Assembly: GCA_011371455.1 (NCBI GenBank)
Contig: DRQN01000164.1
Coordinates: 1-41,196, forward strand
Direction of reading: 5' to 3'
Length of the DNA: 41,196 nt
From: Gammaproteobacteria bacterium
GTDB lineage: Bacteria > Pseudomonadota > Gammaproteobacteria > SZUA-152
In this document: positions 1 through 9,437 of the stretch, one piece after another
Layout of the letters: each line of letters opens with the position of its first letter
Position numbering within the stretch: position 1 is the stretch's first letter
The notes under the pieces: generated by a model
Told to the model about the DNA's origin: nothing
The model's input: the letters and a program-made list of their open reading frames with translations, nothing else
The model's database searches: none
Made by a program: the position numbers and the translations under genes

Positions 1-1971
1 CGCACCGGCCAGTCCCTTCATACCGTGCAGCAAGGCCCCGAGGGGCTTGATAACGACTTCTTCCTGGCCGATCAGCTGATCGACGACGAAACCGACACGC
101 TGTGCGCCGATGCTCACCACCACCACATGCCCTTCCTTCGGCAGGTCCTCATAACCGGCGCCGGCCACCAGCCAGCGACGCAAATAGAACAGCGGCAGGG
201 CCTTGTCGCGCACCACCACCACCAGCTGACCATCGACCACATTGGTGCGGGTCAGGTCGAGATGGAAGATTTCATTCACGCTGGCCAGTGGCAGGGCAAA
301 GATCTGATCTTCCAGCATAACCATAAGTGTTGGCATGATGGCGAGGGTCAGCGGCACCTGGATATTGATGATGCTACCGCGGCCCAGCTCCGAATCGATC
401 ACCACGGTGCCGTTCAATTGTTCGATGCGGGTCTTCACCACGTCCATGCCCACACCGCGCCCGGAGACATCGGAGATCTCCGCCTTGGTGGAGAAGCCAG
501 GGGCAAAGATCAGGTTGTAACAGTCGCGGTCTTCCAACCGCGCAGCGGCCTCTTCATCCATCAGGCCCTTGCTCACCGCCGCCTTGCGCAACACGTCCGG
601 GTCCATGCCCTTGCCATCGTCCTGAATCGTCAGGGCAATGTGATCGCCTTCCTGTTCGGCGCTCAGCACCACCGTACCAAGGCGCGGCTTACCGGCCTTG
701 ATACGCTCCTCCGGCGACTCGATGCCGTGATCGACGGCATTGCGCACCAGGTGTACCAGCGGGTCGGCCAGGGCCTCCACCAGGTTCTTGTCCAGGTCGG
801 TCTCCTCGCCCTGCATCTCCAGGCTGACTTCCTTCTTCAGGCTGCGCGCCAGGTCGCGCACCACGCGCGGAAAGCGGCCGAAGACCTTTTTGATCGGCTG
901 CATGCGGGTCTTCATCACCGCCGATTGCAGGTCGGCCGTCACCACATCCAGGTTGCCGACCACCTTGCTCAGCTCTTCGTTGTGGGTGGTCAGTTCCAGG
1001 GTCGCCATGCGGTTGCGCACCAATACCAGCTCGCCGACCAGATTCATGATGTCATCGAGGCGCTTGGTATCTACGCGCACCGTTGTCTCGGCCGCTTCCT
1101 TGGCTGGCGCCCTGGCCTTGGACTTCGCCTCCGTTTTTTCCGGCGTGGCGGGTTTGCTTTTTTTCGCAGGCTTGCTTGCTTCCGCAGGCTTGCTTGCTTC
1201 CGTGGGCTGGCTTGCCGCCGGTTCGCTTTCCGGCGCCGGCTGGCCGACGGCCCTGGCGGCCGGCGGCACGCCCGCATGCTTGCCGGGACCATGCAGCTGG
1301 TCCAGCAGGGCCTCGAATTCCTCTTCGCTGATCTCGTCGTCGCCGGCCGGCGCGGGCGCCGCGGCGGCGGGGGTGCCCGCCGGTTTGTCGCCCGGCACGC
1401 CACCGTGCTTGCCCTCACCGTGCAACTGGTCGAGCAAGGCCTCGAATTCTTCCTCGGTAATTTCGTCGTCATCCGCCGCAGGGACGGCCCCGGCGGACTC
1501 GACCAGTTGCTCAAAGGCCTCGTCCGCCACATCGGCCGCCGTGCCTTCCTCCACCGCTGCGGCAGACTCCGTTGCGGCGGCATCACCCTTGAGCAGGTCT
1601 TCCAGATTCTGCAGCATGCTGGCTTCGGCGTGCGCCGGCTCCTGCCCGCTACGCAGGGTGTCGAACTGGGTATTCAACACATCCAGTACCGGCAGCATGA
1701 TATCCATCAGCCGTGAGTCGACGCTCAACTCATCGTTACGCAGGGCGTTGAACACGTCTTCCGCGCGGTGGCAGAGACCGACCAGGCCATCGAGACCGAG
1801 AAAGCTGGCGCCGCCCTTGATGGTGTGGAAGCCGCGAAACACGGCGTTCAGCAGCTCCTTGTCGTCGGGGCGCTGTTCGAGATCGACCAGCTGTTCATTC
1901 AGTTCTTCGAGGATCTCTCCGGCCTCCACCAGAAAGTCCTGCAACAGTTCTTCGTCGTCGTCAAAGGCCAT
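1..1971 (-). CDS. cheA: Chemotaxis histidine kinase CheA of the flagellar che operon. The 3' end runs off the left edge of the window.
   Basis: Absent from the ORF track because no stop codon lies inside the window. My reverse translation starts at the ATG on the complement of 1969-1971, preceded by a GAGGAA RBS, and reads MAFDDDEELLQDFLVEAGEILE... It has an HPt box (FRGFHTIKGGASFLG), HATPase motifs (HLVRNAVDHGIE, DDGKGMD, GRGVGMDVV) and the start of a CheW-like P5 domain. The gene follows cheY-cheZ as in Pseudomonas. Confidence 0.9.
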   Translation of the reverse strand, partial: MAFDDDEELLQDFLVEAGEILEELNEQLVDLEQRPDDKELLNAVFRGFHTIKGGASFLGLDGLVGLCHRAEDVFNALRNDELSVDSRLMDIMLPVLDVLNTQFDTLRSGQEPAHAEASMLQNLEDLLKGDAAATESAAAVEEGTAADVADEAFEQLVESAGAVPAADDDEITEEEFEALLDQLHGEGKHGGVPGDKPAGTPAAAAPAPAGDDEISEEEFEALLDQLHGPGKHAGVPPAARAVGQPAPESEPAASQPTEASKPAEASKPAKKSKPATPEKTEAKSKARAPAKEAAETTVRVDTKRLDDIMNLVGELVLVRNRMATLELTTHNEELSKVVGNLDVVTADLQSAVMKTRMQPIKKVFGRFPRVVRDLARSLKKEVSLEMQGEETDLDKNLVEALADPLVHLVRNAVDHGIESPEERIKAGKPRLGTVVLSAEQEGDHIALTIQDDGKGMDPDVLRKAAVSKGLMDEEAAARLEDRDCYNLIFAPGFSTKAEISDVSGRGVGMDVVKTRIEQLNGTVVIDSELGRGSIINIQVPLTLAIMPTLMVMLEDQIFALPLASVNEIFHLDLTRTNVVDGQLVVVVRDKALPLFYLRRWLVAGAGYEDLPKEGHVVVVSIGAQRVGFVVDQLIGQEEVVIKPLGALLHGMKGLAGA

Positions 1972-1980
1972 GATCGTTCC

Positions 1981-2736
1981 TCAGAAGCCCAGGCTCGACA
2001 GCAGGTCGTCCACTTCGTCCTGGCCGGAGACCAGATCGCTTTTTCCCACCCCGGGAATGGCCGGACCCGCCGCTTCGATATCGGGCTTCTTGTCTTTGCC
2101 CGCATCCTTTTCTTCAGTATTTGAAAATTTTGTGCCGGTAAGGCGCACCAGCTCCACCAGGTTGCCTTCCACCTCTTCCACCAGTTCGATGACGCGGGTG
2201 ATGATCTGTCCGGTGAGGTCCTGGAAGTCCTGCGCCATCATGATGTCGTTGAGGCCCTCACGGATGTCGGAGGTGTCCTGCTCGGCATCGGTAAAGAAGG
2301 CCTCCAGCTCGGCGCTCAGTTCACGAAACTGGTCGACGCTCATTTCCCGGCGCTTGAAGTTCTGCCAGCTGGTACCCAGTCTGGCGATGCGCTCGGACAA
2401 TTGATCGCACTTGGGCAGGGTCTTTTCCACCGCATTCAGGGAGCGATCGGCCGCCTGGCGGGTGAGGGTGATGACGTAGCGCAGCCGGGCGCGCGCATCG
2501 GGAATCTCGTCTTCGGTCAGTTCATCGAGGCGGGTTTCCTGGGCGAAAGAATTCAGTGCGTCGTGCAACTGGCGGGTCATCTTGCCGACTTCGTGGTAGA
2601 TGCCCTCTTCGCGCGCGGTGTTGATGAGGTTGAGCAGGTTGGTCACCTGCGCCTCGTTGCCGGCCTGCATCTCACGCACCAGCTCTTCGGCATGGGCGAT
2701 GATGCCGGCGTTGACTGCGGTGGTTTCCGTCGCCAT
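1981..2736 (-). CDS. cheZ: CheY-P phosphatase CheZ
   Basis: 251 aa. The acidic C-terminal peptide (SGQDEVDDLLSSLGF) is typical of the CheZ CheY-binding tail. The gene lies between cheY and cheA. Confidence 0.9.
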   Translation of the reverse strand: MATETTAVNAGIIAHAEELVREMQAGNEAQVTNLLNLINTAREEGIYHEVGKMTRQLHDALNSFAQETRLDELTEDEIPDARARLRYVITLTRQAADRSLNAVEKTLPKCDQLSERIARLGTSWQNFKRREMSVDQFRELSAELEAFFTDAEQDTSDIREGLNDIMMAQDFQDLTGQIITRVIELVEEVEGNLVELVRLTGTKFSNTEEKDAGKDKKPDIEAAGPAIPGVGKSDLVSGQDEVDDLLSSLGF

Positions 2737-2739
2737 GTC

Positions 2740-3132
2740 TCAGCCCCCTGCGTCGATACGTTCAAAGATCTTGTCGATCTTTTCCTTCAGGGTCTGCGCC
2801 GTGAAGGGCTTGACGATGTAGCCGTTGACGCCGGCCTGGGCGGCCTCGATGATCTGCTCGCGTTTCTGTTCGGCGGTCACCATCAGCACCGGCAGGCTGG
2901 CCAGTTCGGCGTCGGCCCTGACGGCCTTGAGCAGGTCGATGCCCTGCATGCCGGGCATGTTCCAGTCGGTAACGAGAAAGTCGAAACCACCGGCCTGGAG
3001 CATCGGCAGCGCCGTGAGGCCGTCGTCGGCCTCCTGGGTGTTGGAAAAACCCAGGTCCCTGAGCAGATTCTTGATAATCCGCCGCATCGTGGAAAAATCG
3101 TCCACGATGAGGATTTTCATGTTCTTGTCCAA
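2740..3132 (-). CDS. cheY: Chemotaxis response regulator CheY
   Basis: 130-aa single receiver domain with [23 protein letters not shown] (phospho-Asp) and YIVKPF motifs. It lies immediately downstream of fliA. Confidence 0.95.
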   Translation of the reverse strand: MDKNMKILIVDDFSTMRRIIKNLLRDLGFSNTQEADDGLTALPMLQAGGFDFLVTDWNMPGMQGIDLLKAVRADAELASLPVLMVTAEQKREQIIEAAQAGVNGYIVKPFTAQTLKEKIDKIFERIDAGG

Positions 3133-3180
3133 GGCGTCCTCCGCGCTTGCTGATGGTTGATGCGGCTGGGCGGCGGGCGC

Positions 3181-3921
3181 TCAGTCGTCGTTCTGGGTCC
3201 AGTGATTCATGCGCGACTGCAGGCGAATCACCGCCTGGCTGTGAATCTGGCAGATGCGCGATTCACTCACGCCGAGGATGGAACCGATCTCGCGCAGGTT
3301 CAGCTCCTCGTCGTAATACAGGGTCATCACCAGCCGTTCGCGCTCCGGCAGTCCGGCGATGGCGTCGGCCAGGCTGCGTTTGAAATCGGCCGACTGCAAT
3401 CCTTCCAGCGGCCCCTGCGTACCCTGACTTAAGCTTTCGCAGTGGCCGTGCGATTCCACGTTCAGCTCGTCATAGCTGAATACGCGGTGACCGCTGGCGT
3501 CCTGCAGCAGGCGGTGATACTCCTGCAGGCTGACGCCCAGCCCCTCGGCGATCTCCTGATCGCGGGCGTCGCGGCCGGTGCGGTTCTCGATGTCCTTCAC
3601 CACCTCGGCCACCATGCGCGCCTTGCGGTGCACCGAGCGCGGCGCCCAGTCGTTCTTGCGGATCTCGTCGAGCATGGCGCCGCGGATGCGGATGCGGGCA
3701 TAGGTCTGGAAACTGGCGCCCTGCGAGGCGTCGTAGTTTCGCAGCGATTCCAGCAGGCCGATCATGCCGGCCTGGATCAGGTCATCCTGCTGCACACTGG
3801 GTGGCAGGCGTGACATCAGGTGGTAGGCGATACGCTTTACCAGGGGAGTGTGTTGGGCGATCTCATCGTTGATGTTGTGGTCGAAGGCCTGTGCCTCCGC
3901 GTACATTGCCGCTCCGCTCAT
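3181..3921 (-). CDS. fliA: Flagellar sigma factor sigma-28 (FliA)
   Basis: 246-aa sigma-70 family protein with region 2 (DLIQAGMIGLLESLRNYD) and a region 4 HTH (LNLREIGSILGVSESRICQIHSQA). Its position after flhF-fleN fits fliA. Confidence 0.95.
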   Translation of the reverse strand: MSGAAMYAEAQAFDHNINDEIAQHTPLVKRIAYHLMSRLPPSVQQDDLIQAGMIGLLESLRNYDASQGASFQTYARIRIRGAMLDEIRKNDWAPRSVHRKARMVAEVVKDIENRTGRDARDQEIAEGLGVSLQEYHRLLQDASGHRVFSYDELNVESHGHCESLSQGTQGPLEGLQSADFKRSLADAIAGLPERERLVMTLYYDEELNLREIGSILGVSESRICQIHSQAVIRLQSRMNHWTQNDD

Positions 3922-3955
3922 GACGACGTTCCTCTCTCTTGTTACCGGCTTACAG

Positions 3956-4834
3956 TTACTGATCCGGGTTCTGCTGACTGGCCAGGATCAGCCGTTCGAC
4001 AAAAAATTCGAGCTGCCCGCCAGCGGATGCCGGTACGGGCCAACTATCGGCTTTGCTGGCCAACTTCTTGAATGCCAGCGCCGACTTGCTTCGGGGGTAG
4101 GCGTCCACCACCGCACGCTGTTTCTGCACCGCCTTGCGCAGATACTCGTCCTCGGGAACCACGCCCATGAAGTCCAGCGCCACGTCCAGATAACGGTCCG
4201 TGACCTTGAGAATCTTGCCGTACAGCGCCCGCCCGTCCTGCACGCTCTGCACCCGGTTGGTGAGCACGCGGAAGCGGTAGATGCCGTATTCGCGGTTGAG
4301 CAGCTTGATCAGCGCGTAGGCATCGGTGATGGAGGCCGGCTCGTCGCACACCACCACCACCACCTCCTGCGCGGCGCGTGAGAAGGTGACCACGTTGTCG
4401 GAGATGCCGGCGGCGGTATCGATGAGCAACACGTCCGGGGTCACGCTGAGTTCACTGAAGGCGCCGATGACACCGGCATGTTCCGCGGTGCTCAGTTCGG
4501 CCATGTTCTGCAGCCCCGAGGAGGCCGGCACGATGCGCAGCCCCTGCGGCCCCATGCAGATCACCTCTTCCAGGGTGCGCTCGCCCTTGAGCACGTGGGA
4601 CAGGTCGTAATTGGTGTGCAGGCCCAGCATCACGTCCACATTGGCCAGGCCCAGGTCGGCGTCCAGCAACAAGACCTCCTTGCCCTGCGCGGCCAGGCTC
4701 ATGCCCAGGTTGACCGAGACGTTGGTCTTGCCGACGCCGCCCTTGCCGCTGGTGATGGCGATGACACGCACCGGCCGGGGGGTGGCGATGCGGCGCAGGC
4801 CGGCCGCTTGATCGATCGTTTCAGCCATGAGCAT
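3956..4834 (-). CDS. fleN: MinD/ParA-type flagellar number regulator FleN (FlhG)
   Basis: 292 aa with a deviant Walker A (ITSGKGGVGKTN) and the LLDADLGLANVDV motif. It overlaps the flhF stop, suggesting translational coupling. Confidence 0.9.
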   Translation of the reverse strand: MLMAETIDQAAGLRRIATPRPVRVIAITSGKGGVGKTNVSVNLGMSLAAQGKEVLLLDADLGLANVDVMLGLHTNYDLSHVLKGERTLEEVICMGPQGLRIVPASSGLQNMAELSTAEHAGVIGAFSELSVTPDVLLIDTAAGISDNVVTFSRAAQEVVVVVCDEPASITDAYALIKLLNREYGIYRFRVLTNRVQSVQDGRALYGKILKVTDRYLDVALDFMGVVPEDEYLRKAVQKQRAVVDAYPRSKSALAFKKLASKADSWPVPASAGGQLEFFVERLILASQQNPDQ

Positions 4835-6173
4835 TTGCCACCATCCCGCTGAACGCCAGGTTGAGGGATTCCCGTTCCAGGGCCTGACTGGTCTGCTGCG
4901 CCACCAGCACGGCGCGATTGACCAGGGTGTGGGCGCGGGCGATGTGAATGTCTTCCGGCACCCGCTGGCCGTCGCTCATGTAGGCCACCGGCAGCTTGTT
5001 CTCCATCAGCGTGGCGATGGCGCCACCGAGGCTGGTGGTCTCGTCCAGCTTGGTGAGGATGCAGCCGTCCAGCCTGACCTCCTTGAAGGCATTGACCACC
5101 TCGCGCAGACCGGCGCGGTGAGTGGTGGTGGACAGCACCAGGTAGGTGCGGATGGCCGCGGCGCTGTCGGAGATCATGGAAAACTGCTCCGACAGGCGCA
5201 CGTCGCGCTGGCTCATGCCGGCGGTGTCGATGAGGATCAGTTCCTTGTCGGCGAGCAGTTTCAGCGCCTCGCTGAGTTCTTCGCGGGTATTGGCGATGCG
5301 CACCGGAATATTGAGGATGCGGCCGTAGGTGCGCAGCTGTTCGTGGGCGGCGATGCGGTAGCCGTCGGTGGTGATCAGGGCCACCTTGTCGCGGCCGTGG
5401 CGCAGGGCATAACGCGCCGCCAGCTTGGCGATGGTGGTGGTCTTGCCGACGCCGGTGGCGCCGACCAGGGCCACCACGCCACCGCCGTCGAGGCTGTCGG
5501 CGGTGTCCAGCGGCAGGCGGCTGGCCAGCCAGGCCAGGGCGTGGCGCCAGACGTTGTCGAAGTCCTCGTGGCCATTGCCCACCTCGTCGGCCACCTGCTG
5601 ACACAGGGCCGGGCTCAGGCCCAGCTCCAGCAGGCAGCGGATCAGCTTGGCCTGCCGGGGATTGCGGTGCGACAGCTCGCTCCAGGCGAGGCTGGAGAGC
5701 TGCTGTTCGAGCAGGCCACGCAGGTCCTTGAGCTCGTTCTTCATCTGCTGCAGGGTCGGGTCCTGCGACCATTCCACCGCGGCTTCCGCGCCTGCGCCCG
5801 GCGCGGCCTCGCGGCGTGGTATCTCGGCGGGCGGCTCGGCGGGCATTTGCGGGCGCGGGATCTCGCTGTCACGCGGCGCCTCGACGGGCGCTACATAGGC
5901 CTGGCGGGCGCTGGCCGGCTGGCTGAGGCTGACGCTGTCCTCGCTCAGCAGATCCGTGGAAGGCTCGCCGGCCGGCGCAGTGTCCAGCAGGCTGGTGCGG
6001 GTCGCCGATTCCTCGGCGGCGAGCAGGGCCTCGTCGTAGTCGATGGCGGCGACGATCTCGATGCCGCCCACCACTTTCTGGTTGGAAAGGATCACCGCGT
6101 CGGCGCCGAGCGCCTCGCGCACCTGGCGAATCCCCGTCCGCATGTCTTTGGCAAAAAAACGTTTGATCTTCAT
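4821..6173 (-). CDS. flhF: SRP-like GTPase FlhF (flagellar placement)
   Basis: 450 aa. It starts MKIKRFFAKDMRTGIRQVREALGADAVILS and carries G-motifs GATGVGKTTTIAKLA, DTAG and TKLDE. Confidence 0.92.
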   Translation of the reverse strand: MKIKRFFAKDMRTGIRQVREALGADAVILSNQKVVGGIEIVAAIDYDEALLAAEESATRTSLLDTAPAGEPSTDLLSEDSVSLSQPASARQAYVAPVEAPRDSEIPRPQMPAEPPAEIPRREAAPGAGAEAAVEWSQDPTLQQMKNELKDLRGLLEQQLSSLAWSELSHRNPRQAKLIRCLLELGLSPALCQQVADEVGNGHEDFDNVWRHALAWLASRLPLDTADSLDGGGVVALVGATGVGKTTTIAKLAARYALRHGRDKVALITTDGYRIAAHEQLRTYGRILNIPVRIANTREELSEALKLLADKELILIDTAGMSQRDVRLSEQFSMISDSAAAIRTYLVLSTTTHRAGLREVVNAFKEVRLDGCILTKLDETTSLGGAIATLMENKLPVAYMSDGQRVPEDIHIARAHTLVNRAVLVAQQTSQALERESLNLAFSGMVANAHG

Positions 6174-6215
6174 GTCGTCCCGCTACCCCGATACATCTGC
6201 CTGGTTGCGACCCGG

Positions 6216-8297
6216 TCAAGCCCCCACCGTGGCGGTGATCTTGACCTGCTTGTTGTCCGGTATCTCGTTGAACGCCAGCACGTGCATGTTGGGAATGCTG
6301 TGCCGGACGAAGCGTGCCAGTAGTCCCCGCAACGCCGATGACACCAGCAGCACCGCCGGGTGTCCCGCGGCCTCCTGGCGCTGGGCCTGCTCGGCCAGGG
6401 AACGTTGCAGATTCTCTGCCAGTCCCGGTTCCAGCCCGCCGGCCTGCTCGGCGCCGCTTGCGAGGGTCTGTTGCAATAACTGTTCCAACCTTGGGTCCAG
6501 CGTCATGACGGGCAGATCCGCCCCTATACCACTGATCTGCTGGACGATTGAGCGGCTCAGGGCGACCCGCACGGCGGCGGTGAGAACGCCGGGGTCTTGA
6601 CTGTTTGGCGCCTGCTCCGCCAAGGTTTCGGCGATGGTGCGCATGTCGCGGATGGAAACCTTCTCTTCCAGCAGGTTCTGCAGCACCTTCAGCACTACGC
6701 CCAGGGGCAACAGCTTGGGCACCAGGTCCTCCACCAGCTTGGGCGCCGACTTGGCCAGTTTGTCGAGCAGTTGCTGCACCTCTTCGTGACCCAGCAGCTC
6801 AGCGGCATGGCTCTGCAGGATGTGGCTGAGGTGGGTGGCGATGACGGTACTGGCGTCCACCACCGTGTAGCCCAGGCTCTGCGCCTGGTCGCGCTGCGAG
6901 GGCTCGATCCACACCGCCTCCAGGCCGAAGGCCGGGTCGGTGGTGGCAATGCCGCCGGGGATGGCGCCGAATACCTGGCCGGGGTTGATGGCCATGTCGC
7001 GGTCCGGGTGGATCTCCGCCTCGCCCACGGGCACGCCCATCAGGGTGATGCGATAGGTATTGGGCGACAGATCGAGGTTGTCGCGGATGTGTACCGAGGG
7101 GATCAGGAAGCCCAGCTCCTGCGACAGCTTCTTGCGCACGCCCTTGATACGGCCCATCAGCTGTCCGCCCTGGCCGCGGTCGACCATGGGGATCAGCCGG
7201 TAGCCCACCTCCAGGCCGATGATGTCCACCGGCTCCACGTCGTCCCAGCTCAGTTCCTTGTTTTCCGGCAGGGTCTCCGGCGCCGGCGCCGCCACCGGCT
7301 CGTTCCCCTCGCCCTTCTTGCGTTTCGCAATCCACCAGGCGGAGCCGCCGGCGATCGCCGCCAGGCTGAGGAAGGCCAGGTTGGGCATGCCGGGGATCAG
7401 GCCCATGGTGCCGATGATGGCAGCCGCCACGGCCAGCGCCTTGGGATTGTCGAACAGCTGCTTGAGCACCTGCCCGCTCATGTCCTGGGAGGAGGAGTTG
7501 CGCGTCACCATCAGGCCGGCGGCGGTGGACAGCAGCAGGGCGGGGATCTGCGCCACCAGGCCATCGCCGATGGTCAGCAGGGTGTAGTTGTGGGTGGCGT
7601 CGCCGATGCTCATACCGTGCTGCAACATACCCACGGCGAGGCCGCCGATGATGGTGATCACCAGGATCAGGATGCCGGCCACCGCGTCGCCGCGCACGAA
7701 CTTGCCGGCGCCGTCCATGGAGCCGTAGAAGTCGGCCTCCTGGGCCACCTCGGTGCGGCGCGTGCGGGCCTCTTCCTGGGTGATGATGCCGGCATTGAGA
7801 TCGGCGTCGATGGCCATCTGCTTGCCGGGCATGGAATCGAGGGTGAAGCGCGCGCTGACCTCGGCGACGCGGGTGGCGCCCTTGGTCACCACCACGAAGT
7901 TGATGATCACCAGGATCATGAAGATGACGAGACCCACCGCGGTGTTGCCACCGACGACGAATTCGCCGAAGGCCTTGATCACCTGGCCGGCGGCGTCGGT
8001 GCCGGTGTGGCCTTCCAGCAGCACCACGCGTGTCGAGGCGATGTTCAGCGACAGGCGCAACAGGGTGGCCAGCAACAGCACGGTGGGAAACACGGCGAAT
8101 TCCAGCGGCCGCTTGACGTACACCGCCGCCAGCAGGATCACCAGCGCCAGGGAGATGTTGAAGGTGAACAGGATGTCGAGCATGAAGGGCGGCAGTGGCA
8201 CCACCATCATCGCCAGCATGACCATCAACAGCAGGGGTGCGCCGAGGCCACCACTGACCAGGCGTTGGGCACGTTCGATCACGTTTTTAAAATCCAT
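6216..8297 (-). CDS. flhA: Flagellar type III export gate protein FlhA
   Basis: 693 aa with a polytopic N-terminal domain, then a linker and a cytoplasmic domain. Conserved stretches include FVRGDAVAGILI and GDGLVAQIPALLLSTAAG. Confidence 0.97.
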   Translation of the reverse strand: MDFKNVIERAQRLVSGGLGAPLLLMVMLAMMVVPLPPFMLDILFTFNISLALVILLAAVYVKRPLEFAVFPTVLLLATLLRLSLNIASTRVVLLEGHTGTDAAGQVIKAFGEFVVGGNTAVGLVIFMILVIINFVVVTKGATRVAEVSARFTLDSMPGKQMAIDADLNAGIITQEEARTRRTEVAQEADFYGSMDGAGKFVRGDAVAGILILVITIIGGLAVGMLQHGMSIGDATHNYTLLTIGDGLVAQIPALLLSTAAGLMVTRNSSSQDMSGQVLKQLFDNPKALAVAAAIIGTMGLIPGMPNLAFLSLAAIAGGSAWWIAKRKKGEGNEPVAAPAPETLPENKELSWDDVEPVDIIGLEVGYRLIPMVDRGQGGQLMGRIKGVRKKLSQELGFLIPSVHIRDNLDLSPNTYRITLMGVPVGEAEIHPDRDMAINPGQVFGAIPGGIATTDPAFGLEAVWIEPSQRDQAQSLGYTVVDASTVIATHLSHILQSHAAELLGHEEVQQLLDKLAKSAPKLVEDLVPKLLPLGVVLKVLQNLLEEKVSIRDMRTIAETLAEQAPNSQDPGVLTAAVRVALSRSIVQQISGIGADLPVMTLDPRLEQLLQQTLASGAEQAGGLEPGLAENLQRSLAEQAQRQEAAGHPAVLLVSSALRGLLARFVRHSIPNMHVLAFNEIPDNKQVKITATVGA

Positions 8298-8299
8298 GG

Positions 8300-9436
8300 C
8301 TACTCGTCTCGTTTCAGGTCATCCGGGATGGGCATGTCAGCGTTGAATTCCGGCGCGACACCACCATTGAGTTCGTAGTGGCGCAGCTGGAACACATAGG
8401 CCAGCACCTGCGCCACGGCCAGGAACAGGCCGGCGGGGATCTCTTCGTTCAATTCGGTGTTGTGATAAATGGCGCGCGCCAGTGGCGGCGCGGAGACGAT
8501 GGGCACGTCGTTGGCCGCCGCGATGCGGCGGATATGACCGGCCACCTCGTCCACGCCCAGGGCCACGACGATGGGCGCTGCGCTCTTTTCCTGGTCGTAT
8601 TTCAGCGCCACCGAATAGTGGGTCGGGTTGGTGATCACCACGTCGGCCTTGGGCACCTCTTCCATCATGCGGCGCTGGGCGATCTCCTGCTGGGTCTGGC
8701 GGATCTTGCTCTTCAGCTCCGGGCTGCCTTCCGATTCCTTGTGCTCGTCCTTCACTTCCTGCTTGGTCATGCGCTGCTTGCGCGCGTGGTCCCAGGCCTG
8801 GAAGGGCACGTCCAGCAGCGCCACCAGGATCAGCGCACTGCTGAGCCAGATCACCATGATGACCAGCTCGTCGCCCAGGTGGGCGATACCCTTGTTCACG
8901 TCTTCGTAGCCGAGGCCGAGAAACACATCCATCTTGCTGACCAGCAGCCAATAGCCCACCGCGCCCACCAGCCCCAGCTTGGCCACCGACTTCAGCAGCT
9001 CGGCCAGGCTCTTGGCGGAGAAGATCCGTCCGATGCCCTTGATGGGGTCCATCTTGGTGAGGTCGGGCTGGATCGGCTTGGTGCTGAAGGTCCAGCCACC
9101 CAGCGCCATGGGCGCAACCAGGGCGACGATTGCCAGCAGCACCATCAGCGGAACCACGACCTTCAGCCCGGCCAGGACAGAGTGGGAAAACAGCTTCAGC
9201 ATGGCGCTGGTATCGAAGGCGTCGGCGCGATGAATGCTCAGGTTGTCGCGCATGATCTCCTCCAGGCCAGTGACCATGCCCTTGCCCATGAAGACGAAAC
9301 CGGCGCAACTCACCAACAGCACGATGACCGTGGTGAGTTCCTTGGAGCGGGCGATCTGACCCTTGTCGCGGGCCTCCTGTTTGCGTTTTGCCGACGCCTC
9401 TTCCGAGCGTTCCTGGCCGTTGTCGTTCTCTGCCAC
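8300..9436 (-). CDS. flhB: Flagellar export switch protein FlhB
   Basis: 378 aa. It has an N-terminal SEEASAKRKQEARDKGQIARSKEL motif, four TM segments and an NPTH autocleavage site (VVITNPTHYSVAL). Confidence 0.95.
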   Translation of the reverse strand: MAENDNGQERSEEASAKRKQEARDKGQIARSKELTTVIVLLVSCAGFVFMGKGMVTGLEEIMRDNLSIHRADAFDTSAMLKLFSHSVLAGLKVVVPLMVLLAIVALVAPMALGGWTFSTKPIQPDLTKMDPIKGIGRIFSAKSLAELLKSVAKLGLVGAVGYWLLVSKMDVFLGLGYEDVNKGIAHLGDELVIMVIWLSSALILVALLDVPFQAWDHARKQRMTKQEVKDEHKESEGSPELKSKIRQTQQEIAQRRMMEEVPKADVVITNPTHYSVALKYDQEKSAAPIVVALGVDEVAGHIRRIAAANDVPIVSAPPLARAIYHNTELNEEIPAGLFLAVAQVLAYVFQLRHYELNGGVAPEFNADMPIPDDLKRDE

Positions 9437-9437
9437 C

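Noticed and set aside
25-2404. Long plus-strand ORFs (25-1716, 740-2404). Similar ones lie across the window, e.g. 4827-6323, 6597-8378, 8378-9463, 12710-14074, 16151-17926, 19445-21280, 23054-24271, 27057-28823 and 36544-37839.
   Set aside because: They are antisense shadows of well-supported minus-strand genes in GC-rich DNA. Their translations are His/Arg/Gly/Ala/Leu-rich with no recognisable motifs, whereas the opposite strand encodes unmistakable flagellar and che proteins.
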